Source: Eledone cirrhosa (lineage: Eukaryota). From it: a DNA stretch of 64,000 bases. Under the pieces are notes generated by a model, which was not told the origin of the DNA, did no database searches, and saw only the letters and a program-made list of their open reading frames with translations. The stretch spans positions 26,350,001 through 26,414,000 of the forward strand of contig OZ024764.1 in the NCBI GenBank assembly GCA_964016885.1, read 5' to 3'. This document shows positions 1 through 15,100 of the stretch, in pieces. How positions within the stretch are numbered: position 1 is the stretch's first letter; the number at the start of each line of letters is the position of its first letter. The position numbers were made by a program, and so were the translations under genes.

Positions 1-109
1 AAGGACCCGATACACTGCTAGAAATTCACCTCACAACCTCACAATCTTCATCCCAAACACCCTTACCCATTAAACCATGCAATGAAATATCATTCTATGT
101 CTGTTGTAG

Positions 110-198
110 ATGAACACAATGATTCAAGCATGTGCTGGTACATTGGCAGACAACTTTGGAAAATTAGCAGACAGCGGAGAAATTACAGAAGTTAAAAA
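110..198 (+). CDS. CYP3A-like exon ([30 protein letters not shown]), equivalent to vertebrate CYP3A exon 6
   Basis: ctgttgtag|ATG ... AA|gtatgt; 89 bp; phase 2 end joins the exon at 11400. Confidence 0.85.
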
Positions 199-3100
199 GT
201 ATGTAAGAATATTTGAACATTCTCTTTGAAATTTAACTTTGTTTCAATATCAGAACATTAGTTGGTTACACTCTACAGCCACTGACCAACAACAACACCA
301 CTCTACAGCCACTGACCAACAACAACACCACTCTACAGCCACTGACTAACAACAACACCACTCTACAGCCACTGACCAACAACAACACCACTCTACAGCC
401 ACTGACTACCAACAACAACACCACTCTACAGCCACTGACCAACAACACCACTCTAGAGCCACTGACTACCAACAACAACACCACTCTACAGCCACTGACC
501 AACAACAACACCACTCTACAGCCACTGACTACCAACAACAACACCACTCTACAGCCACTGACCAACAACACCACTCTAGAGCCACTGACTACCAACAACA
601 ACACCACTCTACAGCCACTGACCAACAACAACACCACTCTACAGCCACTGACTACCAACAACAACACCACTCTACAGCCACTGACCAACAACACCACTCT
701 AGAGCCACTGACTACCAACAACAACACCACTCTACAGCCACTGACCAACAACAACACCACTCTACAGCCACTGACCAACAACAACACCACTCTACAGCCA
801 CTGACTAACAACAACACCACTCTACAGCCACTGACCAACAACAACACCACTCTACAGCCACTGACTACCAACAACAACACCACTCTACAGCCACTGACCA
901 ACAACACCACTCTAGAGCCACTGACTACCAACAACAACACCACTCTACAGCCACTGACCAACAACAACACCACTCTACAGCCACTGACCAACAACAACAC
1001 CACTCTACAGCCACTGACTAACAACAACACCACTCTACAGCCACTGACCAACAACAACACCACTCTACAGCCACTGACTACCAACAACAACACCACTCTA
1101 CAGCCACTGACCAACAACACCACTCTAGAGCCACTGACTACCAACAACAACACCACTCTACAGCCACTGACCAACAACAACACCACTCTACAGCCACTGA
1201 CTACCAACAACAACACCACTCTACAGCCACTGACCAACAACACCACTCTAGAGCCACTGACTACCAACAACAACACCACTCTACAGCCACTGACCAACAA
1301 CAACACCACTCTACAGCCACTGACTACCAACAACAACACCACTCTACAGCCACTGACCAACAACACCACTCTAGAGCCACTGACTACCAACAACAACACC
1401 ACTCTACAGCCACTGACCAACAACAACACCACTCTACAGCCACTGACCAACAACAACACCACTCTACAGCCACTGACTACCAACAACAACACCACTCTAC
1501 AGCCACTGACCAACAACAACACCACTCTACAGCCACTGACTACCAACAACAACACCACTCTACAGCCACTGACCAACAACAACACCACTCTACAGCCACT
1601 GACTACCAACAACAACACCACTCTACAGCCACTGACCAACAACAACACCACTCTACAGCCACTGACTACCAACAACAACACCACTCTAGAGCCACCGACC
1701 AACAACAACACCACTCTACAGCCACTGACTACCAACAACAACACCACTCTAGAGCCACCGACCAACAACAACACCACTCTACAGCCACTGACTACCAACA
1801 ACAACACCACTCTACAGCCACTGACCAACAACAACACCACTCTACAGCCACTGACTACCAACAACAACACCACTCTAGAGCCACCGACCAACAACAACAC
1901 CACTCTACAGCCACTGACTACCAACAACAACACCACTCTACAGCCACTGACCAACAACAACACCACTCTACAGCCACTGACTACCAACAACAACACCACT
2001 CTACAGCCACTGACCAACAACAACACCACTCTACAGCCACTGACTACCAACAACAACACCACTCTACAGCCACTGACCAACAACAACACCACTCTACAGC
2101 CACTGACTACCAACAACAACACCACTCTAGAGCCACCGACCAACAACAACACCACTCTACAGCCACTGACTACCAACAACAACACCACTCTAGAGCCACC
2201 GACCAACAACAACACCACTCTACAGCCACTGACTACCAACAACAACACCACTCTACAGCCACTGACCAACAACAACACCACTCTACAGCCACTGACTACC
2301 AACAACAACACCACTCTACAGCCACTGACCAACAACAACACCACTCTACAGCCACTGACTACCAACAACAACACCACTCTAGAGCCACCGACCAACAACA
2401 ACACCACTCTACAGCCACTGACTACCAACAACAACACCACTCTAGAGCCACCGACCAACAACAACACCACTCTAGAGCCACTGACCAACAACAACACCAC
2501 TCTACAAGCACCATCACCCCCAACAACAACAGGTAGAGTCGGATATAAGCAACTGAAATGGGGTGCCTCCAACCAAGGGACTTTTGTATTAATGTTACCT
2601 GATAGAATGCATAGCTCGGGGATCAGTTGAACCAGACATAAGGGGCTGAAATGGGGTTTCTCTGTAAGGTCTTTGGAGTAGGATTAATCAATAGAGTGCG
2701 TAGCTCAAAGACCAGAGAATTGCTCCAGGTAGGGCCAGTACTTCTCTGAATTGAGAGATTTTGCTCCTGACACTACAGACATGTGGTTAGAATGTCTCAG
2801 GAAAGAATCTCTGTATTGAGAGATCACAGCTCTGATACTACAGACATGTGGTTGGAATGTCTCAAGAAAGAATCTCTAAATTGAGAGATCACAGCTCTGA
2901 CACTACAGACATGTGGTTAGAATGTCTCAGGAAAGAATCTCTGGATTGAGAGACCACAGCTCTGATACTACAGACATGTGGTTAGAATGTTTCAAGAAAG
3001 AATCTCTGGATTGAGAGACCACAGCTCTGATACTACAGACATGTGGTTAGAATGTCTCAGGAAAGAATCTCTGAATTGAGAGATCACAGCTCTGATACTA

Positions 3101-6100
3101 CAGACATGTGGTTAGAATGTCTCAGGAAAGAATCTCTGGATTGAGAGACCACAGCTCTGATACTACAGACATGTGGTTAGAATGTTTCAAGAAAGAATAT
3201 CTGGATTGAGAGACCACAGCTCTGATACTACAGACATGTGGTTAGAATGTCTCAGGAAAGAATCTCTGAATTGAGAGATCACAGCTCTGATACTACAGAC
3301 ATGTGGTTAGAATGTCTCAGGAAAGAACCTCTAAATTGAGAGATCACAGCTCTGACACTACAGACATGTGGTTAGAATGTCTCAGGAAAGAATCTCTGAA
3401 TTGAGAGATCACAGCTCTGATACTACAGACATGTGGTTAGAATGTCTCAGGAAGGAATCTCTGAATTGAGAGATCACAGCTCTGACACTACAGACATCTG
3501 GTTAGAATGTCTCAGGAAGGAATCTCTAAATTGAGAGATCACAGCTCTGATACTACAGACATGTGGTTAGAATGTCTCAGGAAAGAATCTCTAAATTGAG
3601 AGATCACAGCTCTGATACTACAGACATGTGGTTAGAATGTCTCAGGAAGGAATCTCTGAATTGAGAGATCACAGCTCTGACACTACAGACATGTGGTTAG
3701 AATGTCTCAAGAAAGAATCTCTAAATTGAGAGATCACAGCTCTGATACTACAGACATGTGGTTAGAATGTCTCAGGAAGGAATCTCTGAATTGAGAGATC
3801 ACAGCTCTGACACTACAGACATGTGGTTAGAATGTCTCAGGAAAGAATCTCTAAATTGAGAGATCACAGCTCTGATACTACAGACATGTGGTTAGAATGT
3901 CTCAGGAAGGAATCTCTGAATTGAGAGATCACAGCTCTGACACTACAGACATGTGGTTAGAATGTCTCAAGAAAGAATCTCTAAATTGAGAGATCACAGC
4001 TCTGATACTACAGACATGTGGTTAGAATGTCTCAGGAAGGAATCTCTGAATTGAGAGATCACAGCTCTGACACTACAGACATGTGGTTAGAATGTCTCAG
4101 GAAAGAATCTCTAAATTGAGAGATCACAGCGCTGATACTACAGACATGTGGTTAGAATGTCTCAGGAAAGAATCTCTGAATTGAGAGATCACAGCTCTGA
4201 TACTACAGACATGTGGTTAGAATGTCTCAGGAAAGAATCTCTAAATTGAGAGATCACAGCGCTGATACTACAGACATGTGGTTAGAATGTCTCAGGAAAG
4301 AATCTCTGAATTGAGAGATCACAGCTCTGATACTTAGACATGTGGTTGGAATGTCTCAAGAAAGAATCTCTGAATTGAGAGATCACAGCTCTGATACTAC
4401 AGACATGTGGTTAGAATGTCTCAGGAAAGAATCTCTAAATTGAGAGATCACAGCGCTGATACTACAGACATGTGGTTAGAATGTCTCAGGAAAGAATCTC
4501 TGAATTGAGAGATCACAGCTCTGATACTACAGACATGTGGTTAGAATGTCTCAAGAAAGAATCTCTAAATTGAGAGATCACAGCGCTGATACTACAGACA
4601 TGTGGTTAGAATGTCTCAGGAAAGAATCTCTGTATTGAGAGATCACAGCTCTGATACTACAGACATGTGGTTGGAATGTCTCAAGAAAGAATCTCTAAAT
4701 TGAGAGATCACAGCTCTGACACTACAGACATGTGGTTAGAATGTCTCAGGAAAGAATCTCTGGATTGAGAGACCACAGCTCTGATACTACAGACATGTGG
4801 TTAGAATGTTTCAAGAAAGAATCTCTGGATTGAGAGACCACAGCTCTGATACTACAGACATGTGGTTAGAATGTCTCAGGAAAGAATCTCTGAATTGAGA
4901 GATCACAGCTCTGATACTACAGACATGTGGTTAGAATGTCTCAGGAAAGAATCTCTGAATTGAGAGATCACAGCTCTGATACTACAGACATGTGGTTAGA
5001 ATGTCTCAGGAAAGAATCTCTGAATTGAGAGATCACAGCTCTGATACTACAGACATGTGGTTAGAATGTCTCAGGAAAGAATCTCTGAATTGAGAGATCA
5101 CAGCTCTGATACTACAGACATGTGGTTAGAATGTCTCAGGAGAGAATCTCTGAATTGAGAGACCACAGCTCTGATACTACAGACATGTGGTTAGAATGTC
5201 TCAGGAAAGAATCTCTGAATTGAGAGACCACAGCTCTGATACTACAGACATGTGGTTAGAATGTCTCAGGAAAGAATCTCTGAATTGAGAGATTTTGCTC
5301 CTGACACTACAGACATGTGGTTAGAATGTCTCAGGAAGGAATCTCTGAATTGAGAGATCACAGCTCTGACACTACAGACATGTGGTTAGAATGTCTCAGG
5401 AAAGAATCTCTAAATTGAGAGATCACAGCGCTGATACTACAGACATGTGGTTAGAATGTCTCAGGAAAGAATCTCTGAATTGAGAGATCACAGCTCTGAT
5501 ACTACAGACATGTGGTTAGAATGTCTCAGGAAAGAATCTCTGAATTGAGAGATCACAGCTCTGATACTTAGACATGTGGTTGGACTGTCTCAAGAAAGAA
5601 TCTCTGAATTGAGAGATCACAGCTCTGATACTACAGACATGTGGTTAGAATGTCTCAGGAAAGAATCTCTAAATTGAGAGATCACAGCGCTGATACTACA
5701 GACATGTGGTTAGAATGTCTCAGGAAAGAATCTCTGAATTGAGAGATCACAGCTCTGATACTTAGACATGTGGTTGGAATGTCTCAAGAAAGAATCTCTG
5801 AATTGAGAGATCACAGCTCTGATACTACAGACATGTGGTTAGAATGTCTCAGGAAAGAATCTCTAAATTGAGAGATCACAGCGCTGATACTACAGACATG
5901 TGGTTAGAATGTCTCAGGAAAGAATCTCTGAATTGAGAGATCACAGCTCTGATACTACAGACATGTGGTTAGAATGTCTCAGGAAAGAATCTCTAAATTG
6001 AGAGATCACAGCTCTGATACTACAGACATGTGGTTAGAATGTCTCAGGAAGGAATCTCTGAATTGAGAGATCACAGCTCTGACACTACAGACATGTGGTT

Positions 6101-9100
6101 AGAATGTCTCAAGAAAGAATCTCTAAATTGAGAGATCACAGCTCTGATACTACAGACATGTGGTTAGAATGTCTCAGGAAGGAATCTCTGAATTGAGAGA
6201 TCACAGCTCTGACACTACAGACATGTGGTTAGAATGTCTCAGGAAAGAATCTCTAAATTGAGAGATCACAGCTCTGATACTACAGACATGTGGTTAGAAT
6301 GTCTCAGGAAGGAATCTCTGAATTGAGAGATCACAGCTCTGACACTACAGACATGTGGTTAGAATGTCTCAAGAAAGAATCTCTAAATTGAGAGATCACA
6401 GCTCTGATACTACAGACATGTGGTTAGAATGTCTCAGGAAGGAATCTCTGAATTGAGAGATCACAGCTCTGACACTACAGACATGTGGTTAGAATGTCTC
6501 AGGAAAGAATCTCTAAATTGAGAGATCACAGCGCTGATACTACAGACATGTGGTTAGAATGTCTCAGGAAAGAATCTCTGAATTGAGAGATCACAGCTCT
6601 GATACTACAGACATGTGGTTAGAATGTCTCAGGAAAGAATCTCTAAATTGAGAGATCACAGCGCTGATACTACAGACATGTGGTTAGAATGTCTCAGGAA
6701 AGAATCTCTGAATTGAGAGATCACAGCTCTGATACTTAGACATGTGGTTGGAATGTCTCAAGAAAGAATCTCTGAATTGAGAGATCACAGCTCTGATACT
6801 ACAGACATGTGGTTAGAATGTCTCAGGAAAGAATCTCTAAATTGAGAGATCACAGCGCTGATACTACAGACATGTGGTTAGAATGTCTCAGGAAAGAATC
6901 TCTGAATTGAGAGATCACAGCTCTGATACTACAGACATGTGGTTAGAATGTCTCAAGAAAGAATCTCTAAATTGAGAGATCACAGCGCTGATACTACAGA
7001 CATGTGGTTAGAATGTCTCAGGAAAGAATCTCTGAATTGAGAGATCACAGCTCTGATACTACAGACATGTGGTTAGAATGTCTCAGGAAAGAATCTCTGA
7101 ATTGAGAGATCACAGCTCTGATACTACAGACGTGGTTAGAATGTCTCAGGAAAGAATCTCTGAATTGAGAGATCACAGCTCTGATACTACAGACATGTGG
7201 TTAGAATATCTCAGGAAAGAATCTCTGAATTGAGAGACCACAGCTCTGATACTACAGACATGTGGTTAGAATATCTCAGGAAAGAATCTCTGAATTGAGA
7301 GACCACAGCTCTGATACTACAGACATGTGGTTAGAATGTCTCAGGAAAGAATCTCTGAATTGAGAGATCACAGCTCTGATACTACAGACATGTGGTTAGA
7401 ATGTCTCAGGAAAGAATCTCTGAATTGAGAGATCACAGCTCTGATACTACAGACATGTGGTTAGAATGTCTCAGGAAAGAATCTCTGAATTGAGAGATCA
7501 CAGCTCTGATACTACAGACATGTGGTTAGAATGTCTCAGGAGAGAATCTCTGAATTGAGAGACCACAGCTCTGATACTACAGACATGTGGTTAGAATGTC
7601 TCAGGAAAGAATCTCTGAATTGAGAGACCACAGCTCTGATACTACAGACATGTGGTTAGAATGTCTCAGGAAAGAATCTCTGAATTGAGAGATTTTGCTC
7701 CTGACACTACAGACATGTGGTTAGAATGTCTCAGGAAAGAATCTCTAAATTGAGAGATCACAGCGCTGATACTACAGACATGTGGTTAGAATGTCTCAGG
7801 AAAGAATCTCTGAATTGAGAGATCACAGCTCTGATACTACAGACATGTGGTTAGAATGTCTCAGGAAAGAATCTCTAAATTGAGAGATCACAGCGCTGAT
7901 ACTACAGACATGTGGTTAGAATGTCTCAGGAAAGAATCTCTGAATTGAGAGATCACAGCTCTGATACTTAGACATGTGGTTGGACTGTCTCAAGAAAGAA
8001 TCTCTGAATTGAGAGATCACAGCTCTGATACTACAGACATGTGGTTAGAATGTCTCAGGAAAGAATCTCTAAATTGAGAGATCACAGCGCTGATACTACA
8101 GACATGTGGTTAGAATGTCTCAGGAAAGAATCTCTGAATTGAGAGATCACAGCTCTGATACTACAGATATGTGGTTAGAATGTCTCAAGAAAGAATCTCT
8201 AAATTGAGAGATCACAGCGCTGATACTACAGACATGTGGTTAGAATGTCTCAGGAAAGAATCTCTGAATTGAGAGATCACAGCTCTGATACTACAGACAT
8301 GTGGTTAGAATGTCTCAGGAAAGAATCTCTGAATTGAGAGATCACAGCTCTGATACTACAGACGTGGTTAGAATGTCTCAGGAAAGAATCTCTGAATTGA
8401 GAGATCACAGCTCTGATACTACAGACATGTGGTTAGAATATCTCAGGAAAGAATCTCTGAATTGAGAGACCACAGCTCTGATACTACAGACATGTGGTTA
8501 GAATATCTCAGGAAAGAATCTCTGAATTGAGAGACCACAGCTCTGATACTACAGACATGTGGTTAGAATGTCTCAGGAAAGAATCTCTGAATTGAGAGAT
8601 CACAGCTCTGATACTACAGACATGTGGTTAGAATGTCTCAGGAAAGTATCTCTGAATTGAGAGATCACAGCTCTGATACTACAGACATGTGGTTAGAATG
8701 TCTCAGGAAAGAATCTCTGAATTGAGAGATCACAGCTCTGATACTACAGACATGTGGTTAGAATGTCTCAGGAGAGAATCTCTGAATTGAGAGACCACAG
8801 CTCTGATACTACAGACATGTGGTTAGAATGTCTCAGGAAAGAATCTCTGAATTGAGAGACCACAGCTCTGATACTACAGACATGTGGTTAGAATGTCTCA
8901 GGAAAGAATCTCTGAATTGAGAGATCACAGCTCTGATACTACAGACATGTGGTTAGAATGTCTCAGGAAAGAATCTCTGAATTGAGAGATCACAGCTCTG
9001 ATACTACAGACATGTGGTTAGAATGTGTCAGGAAAGAATCTCTGAATTGAGAGATCACAGCTCTGATACTACAGACATGTGGTTAGAATGTCTCAGGAAA

Positions 9101-12100
9101 GAATCTCTGAATTGAGAGATCACAGCTCTGATACTACAGACATGTGGTTAGAATGTCTCAGGAAGGAATCTCTGAATTGAGAGATCACAGCTTCGATACT
9201 ACAGAGATGTGGTTAGAATGTCTCAGGAAAGAATCTCTGAATTGAGAGATCACAGCTCTGATACTACAGACATGTGGTTAGAATGTCTCAGGAGAGAATC
9301 TCTGAATTGAGAGACCACAGCTCTGATACTACAGACATGTGGTTAGAATGTCTCAGGAAAGAATCTCTGAATTGAGAGACCACAGCTCTGATACTACAGA
9401 CATGTGGTTAGAATGTCTCAGGAAAGAATCTCTGAATTGAGAGATCACAGCTCTGATACTACAGACATGTGGTTAGAATGTTTCAAGAAAGAATCTCTGG
9501 ATTGAGAGACCACAGCTCTGATACTACAGACATGTGGTTAGAATGTCTCAGGAAAGAATCTCTGAATTGAGAGACCACAGCTCTGATACTACAGACATGT
9601 GGTTAGAATGTCTCAGGAAAGAATCTCTGAATTGAGAGATCACAGCTCTGATACTACAGACATGTGGTTAGAATGTCTCAGGAAAGAATCTCTGAATTGA
9701 GAGATCACAGCTCTGATACTACAGACATGTGGTTAGAATGTCTCAGGAAAGAATCTCTGAATTGAGAGATCACAGCTCTGATACTACAGACATGTGGTTA
9801 GAATGTCTCAGGAGAGAATCTCTGAATTGAGAGACCACAGCTCTGATACTACAGACATGTGGTTAGAATGTCTTAGGAAAGAATCTCTGAATTGAGAGAC
9901 CACAGCTCTGATACTACAGACATGTGGTTAGAACGTCTCAGGAAAGAATCTCTGAATTGAGAGATCACAGCTCTGATACTACAGACATGTGGTTAGAATG
10001 TTTCAAGAAAGAATCTCTGGATTGAGAGACCACAGCTCTGATACTACAGACATGTGGTTAGAATGTCTCAGGAAAGAATCTCTGAATTGAGAGACCACAG
10101 CTCTGATACTACAGACATGTGGTTAGAATGTCTCAGGAAAGAATCTCTGAATTGAGAGATCGCAGCTCTGATACTACAGACATGTGGTTAGAATGTCTCA
10201 GGAAAGAATCTCTGAATTGAGAGATCACAGCTCTGATACTACAGACTGTAAATGTTATGTGAGATATTATGTGAGGTAAAGCCTTTACTGTGAAAATACA
10301 ATAGTATATATAGAGTAATGTAAATGTTATGTGAGGTAAAGCCTTTACTGTGAAAATACAATAGTATATATAGAGTAATGTAAATGTTATGTGAGATATT
10401 ATGTGAGGTAAAGCCTTTACTGTGAAAATACAATAGTATATATAGAGTAATGTAAATGCTAAAGGATTATACAAAACCACCTGGATACATTCAAGATTGA
10501 AGCACTGACATCAAATAGATTTTATCGTCTGCAGACAGCGTGATCTACATGAGTTTCATATTACCAGAGCAATGAGAGATGCTGAATCCTCAACATGTAA
10601 ATACTAAAGAGTTAACCCTTTAGCATTTACATTACTCTATATATACTATTGTATTTTCACAGTAAAGGCTTTACCTTACATAATATCTCACATAACATTT
10701 ACATTACTCTATATATACTATTGTATTTTCACAGTAAAGGCTTTACCTTACATAATATCTCACATAACATTTACATTACTCTATATATACTATTGTATTT
10801 TCACAGTAAAGGCTTTACCTCACATAATATCTCACATAACATTTACATTACTCTATATATACTATTGTATTTTCACAGTAAAGGCTTTACCTCACATAAT
10901 ATCTCACAAAACATTTACATTACTCTATATATACTATTGTATTTTCACAGTAAAGGCTTTACCTTACATAATATCTCACATAACATTTACATTACTCTAT
11001 ATATACTATTGTATTTTCACAGTAAAGGTTTTACCTCACATAATATCTCACATAACATTTACATTACTCTATATATACTATTGTATTGTCACAGTAAAGG
11101 CTTTACCTCACATAATACCTCACATAACATTTACATTACTCTATATATACTATTGTATGTTTGTGTTAAAAGCTTTATTTCACATAATTATCTCACATAA
11201 TATCGAATTTATGAGATTTTGATATTATTTATTCTAAGAACAGAGCCTTGACATCAGTATGAGTAGCCAGTTACAGCTGGTTTGAACAGAAAGAGGTGAG
11301 AGAATTCTGGCTGGATTTGGCCGGTTTAAATGCTAAAGGGTTAAGCATGTTCTGCAATGAAGAAGATAAAAATTAATATATATTTTCTGCTTAATTTAGA
11401 TGGTTCTCTGGCTATACGATAGATGTCATAACAGCAACTGGTTTTGGAATAATGGTGGATTCTCAGAAAAACCCAAATGATCCTTTGGTAGAAAAGGCTA
11501 AAGGCGTATTTGACTTTAGTTTATTCAGCCCAATTATATTTCTATCTTGTAAGTATTGCATTCTTTTGCTGTTGTAAGCACCCAGTACACACTGTAAAGT
11601 GGTCATGTAGGTGTCACAACAAAAAGCACCCAGTCCACACTGTAAAGTGGTCATGTAGGTGTCACGACAAAAAGCACCCAGTCCACACTGTAAAGTGGTC
11701 ATGTAGGTGTCACAACAAAAAGCACCCAGTCCACACTGTAAAGTGGTCATGTAGGTGTCACAACAAAAAGCACCCAGTTCACACTGTAAAGTGGTCATGT
11801 AGGTGTCACGACAAAAAGCACCCAGTCCACACTGTAAAGTGGTCATGTAGGTGTCACAACAAAAAGCACCCAGTCCACACTGTAAAGTGGTCATGTAGGT
11901 GTCACGACAAAAAGCACCCAGTCCACACTGTAAAGTGGTCATGTAGGTGTCACAACAAAAAGTACCCAGTCCACACTGTAAAGTGGTCATGTAGGTGTCA
12001 CGACAAAAAGCACCCAGTCCACACTGTAAAGTGGTCATGTAGGTGTCACGACAAAAAGCACCCAGTCCACACTGTAAAGTGGTCATGTAGGTGTCACAAC

Positions 12101-15100
12101 AAAAAGCACCCAGTCCACACTGTAAAGTGGTCATGTAGGTGTCACGACAAAAAGCACCCAGTCCACACTGTAAAGTGGTCATGTAGGTGTCACGACAAAA
12201 AGCACCCAGTCCACACTGTAAAGTGGTCATGTAGGTGTCACAACAAAAAGCACCCAGTACATTAATGGAATAAAAAAAATATATTCAGGACACAGTCTTG
12301 CACTCCGCCCTTTATTATAGTTATGACTAAAATTGATTAAAATTGTATTTTTCTATTGCAGTCGTTTTTCCATTTGCAATTAAATTTTTCAAAAAATTTG
12401 GATTGTTAGAAAGAATGCTCGGAAATCAAATATATTTCCGGAAGTTTTGCCAAATGCTGATAGATGAACGAAAGAAGCTGCTGAAGAAGGACAATGTTAG
12501 TTATATATTCATTATTCTAACTAGCAGAAAAACCACCCTTCAGGTGGTTTTTCTGCTTGCATGTGTAGTGTGTATATTGATATTATACGCAAGTATATAT
12601 ACATGTATATATGATATCATCATCATCATTATCATTTTACGTCCGCTTTTCCCTGCTTGCAAGGGTGGGACGGGTCCTATTCAGCACAGCATCTCTCCAT
12701 TTATCACGGTCCTTTGCATCTCCTCCCCGAGCTTCAGCAATCTGAGGTCTGCCCTCACCACCTCCGCCCATGTTTTTCGTGGTCTTCCTCTACTGCGTCT
12801 TCCTTCTACTGGGATTTCCTGGCACTTCTTTACCCAGCGGTCATTCTCCATGCGCATCACATCTCCATACCATCTCAGTCTTCTCTCCTGCACACCACAA
12901 CTTATCCCTCTTATACCCAGTTTTCCTCTCAACTCAAATAACACCGTAATTGACAATATACACACAAATTGAACAAAGACTGCGTTACACTGTCTTATGT
13001 AATCAGTAACGTAATCCATGATACATTAAAAAAAGACGATATTATATATAAACTGTATTAGGAGAAAATTAGTGACGGAAATATATGAATGTTTATTTAA
13101 GCGATCGCTAACAGGAAGTGTTGACATTTGAAAATTTTAAAGACGTGAATCTTTAAATAAGTAATAAAATATATTTAATCAAGAGTTATGAAATTTAGTA
13201 GATAAATTATGTAATATTCATTCATTATTTATTCAAAGTAATCCAACTTATTTTACAAACGGGATAAAAGAATATTTTTGGACGCAGTCCCGCACTTCTT
13301 ACTTTATTGTAGTTTAGATTATAATATGTTTTATTTATGAAAATGTCAACAGAATTTAAAACTATATTTTGTAGATGCCCAAAAACTTGTTAAATCTGAT
13401 GATAAGTGCACAGTTAGAGGGACATGAGGAGTTGCCCCCCGAGGTAGAAAAGGAATTTCAGCTGGAGAATATGACAGACTGGAGAACGAAAAGAGGTATT
13501 TATAATTGTTTCTAAGTTTCTGGCACAAGGACAGCAAATAAGCCAGCGTATTACTGGTACTAAGGTTTCTAAGATAACCCGTCTAACCCATGCTAGCATG
13601 GGAGAATGGACATAAAATGGTGATGATGATGATGATGATGATGAAATTATAGTATCTACTAATATAATAGCCTTGTGTATTTGTCTGTCACTACTATTGT
13701 CACACTAACTAGAGCTGACTGAGGAAGGAAGGGGTGTCTAAGACACACACAGCTATGTGATGACTGAGAAAGGTGGGTGTGAGAAACTATAGAAGTCCAG
13801 CATTCTAAGATTCGTCTCAATTGTGTGTTTGTATCACTTATGTGAATGATCATGAAGGAACCAACCAACCAACCAACTAACCAACCAACGAACATCTCTT
13901 TTTTATATTATGTATAACATAAAACATCAATTTATGTCTGCTTTTCCCTGCTTGCAAGGGTGGGACAGGAGCTGATTCTGGCTTGATTTCTACCGCTGGA
14001 TGCCCTTCCTAACACCAACCTCATTTACAGTGAGTGCTGGGTGCCTTTTTTCCGTGGCGCCTACACGTCCACTTTACAGTGTGGACTGGGTGTTTTTTTG
14101 TCGTGGCCCCTCCACGACCACTTTACAGTGTTGGCTGGGTGTTTTTTTGCCGTGGCGCCTCCACGACCACTTTACAGTGTTGGCTGGGTGTTTTTTTGCC
14201 GTGGCGCCTCCACGACCACTTTGCAGTGGAATGATAGGGACTCCGGTCCCTATCATCTCATTTCTACAGCTGAGTAAACTGGAGCAATGTGAAATAAAGT
14301 GTCTTGCTCAAGGACACAGATATTACAATGAACCGTTATTTTTAACAGCACGGTGCCAGCTAGTATATATATAGTCTATACTGATATATATTTATATATA
14401 CGGTGCCAGCTAGTATATATATAGTCTATACTGATATATATTTATATATGTTTTGTTTTCTCCTCATAGGAATTACAGACAAGGAAATTCTTGCTCAATG
14501 TACAATAATTTTCTTAGCTGCTTACGAAACTACATCTTCTACTCTGACATTCTTTACTTATTTAATGTCTATTAATCCTGAAGCACAGCAAAAATTATAC
14601 CAGGAGATTGTAGATGTTTTGGGGGAGGTAAGTACTTTATTTTTCTCTCACTAGGTTCCAGGTATATCTATTTATACCTTAGACAATTGACAGCTAACAA
14701 CAGATTGTAGATGTTTTGTGGGAGGTAAGTACTTTATTATTCTCTTACTAGGTTCCAGGTATATCTATTTATACCTTAGACAATTGTGATGGGTGTAATA
14801 GACTAAATAGACTAACTATAGAGCTGGGTGGAGAGATGAGTTATGAGATTCAGAGCATTGCCCTTCTTCAACTCAGAGGAGACAGAGTTTAATATAATAG
14901 GGGTGTATATGTGATGCTATGTGACCTAGTGGTAAGGGTGTTGGACTTAGTATGATAATGTTGTGGGTTTGATTCTTTGACTTAATGAAAGCCATTGTCA
15001 CCTTTTTCTTCTGAAAATAAAGTTTATCTTCTCTCCTCACAAATACTGAATACTCGTTCAATTATTGTTTCACCGTTTATATTATGAGTATAAATATATA

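Noticed and set aside
266-2572. 768-aa minus-strand ORF ([10 protein letters not shown])n and a matching open plus frame ([10 protein letters not shown])n
   Set aside because: Intronic minisatellite whose units vary by triplets through AAC slippage. The start is non-ATG and there is no unique domain or splice evidence.
2745-10246. Hammerhead-like topology in the 65-bp unit (ctgata...hairpin...gaaa...hairpin-atc)
   Set aside because: Two hairpins exist (agacat/atgtct and atctct/agagat), but the core reads CUGAUAC with extra bases, GAAA is not adjacent to stem III, and there is no convincing stem I.
10133-12265. Repetitive ORFs of 115-255 aa
   Set aside because: Translations of the 72-bp and 48-bp arrays (unit lengths are multiples of 3).
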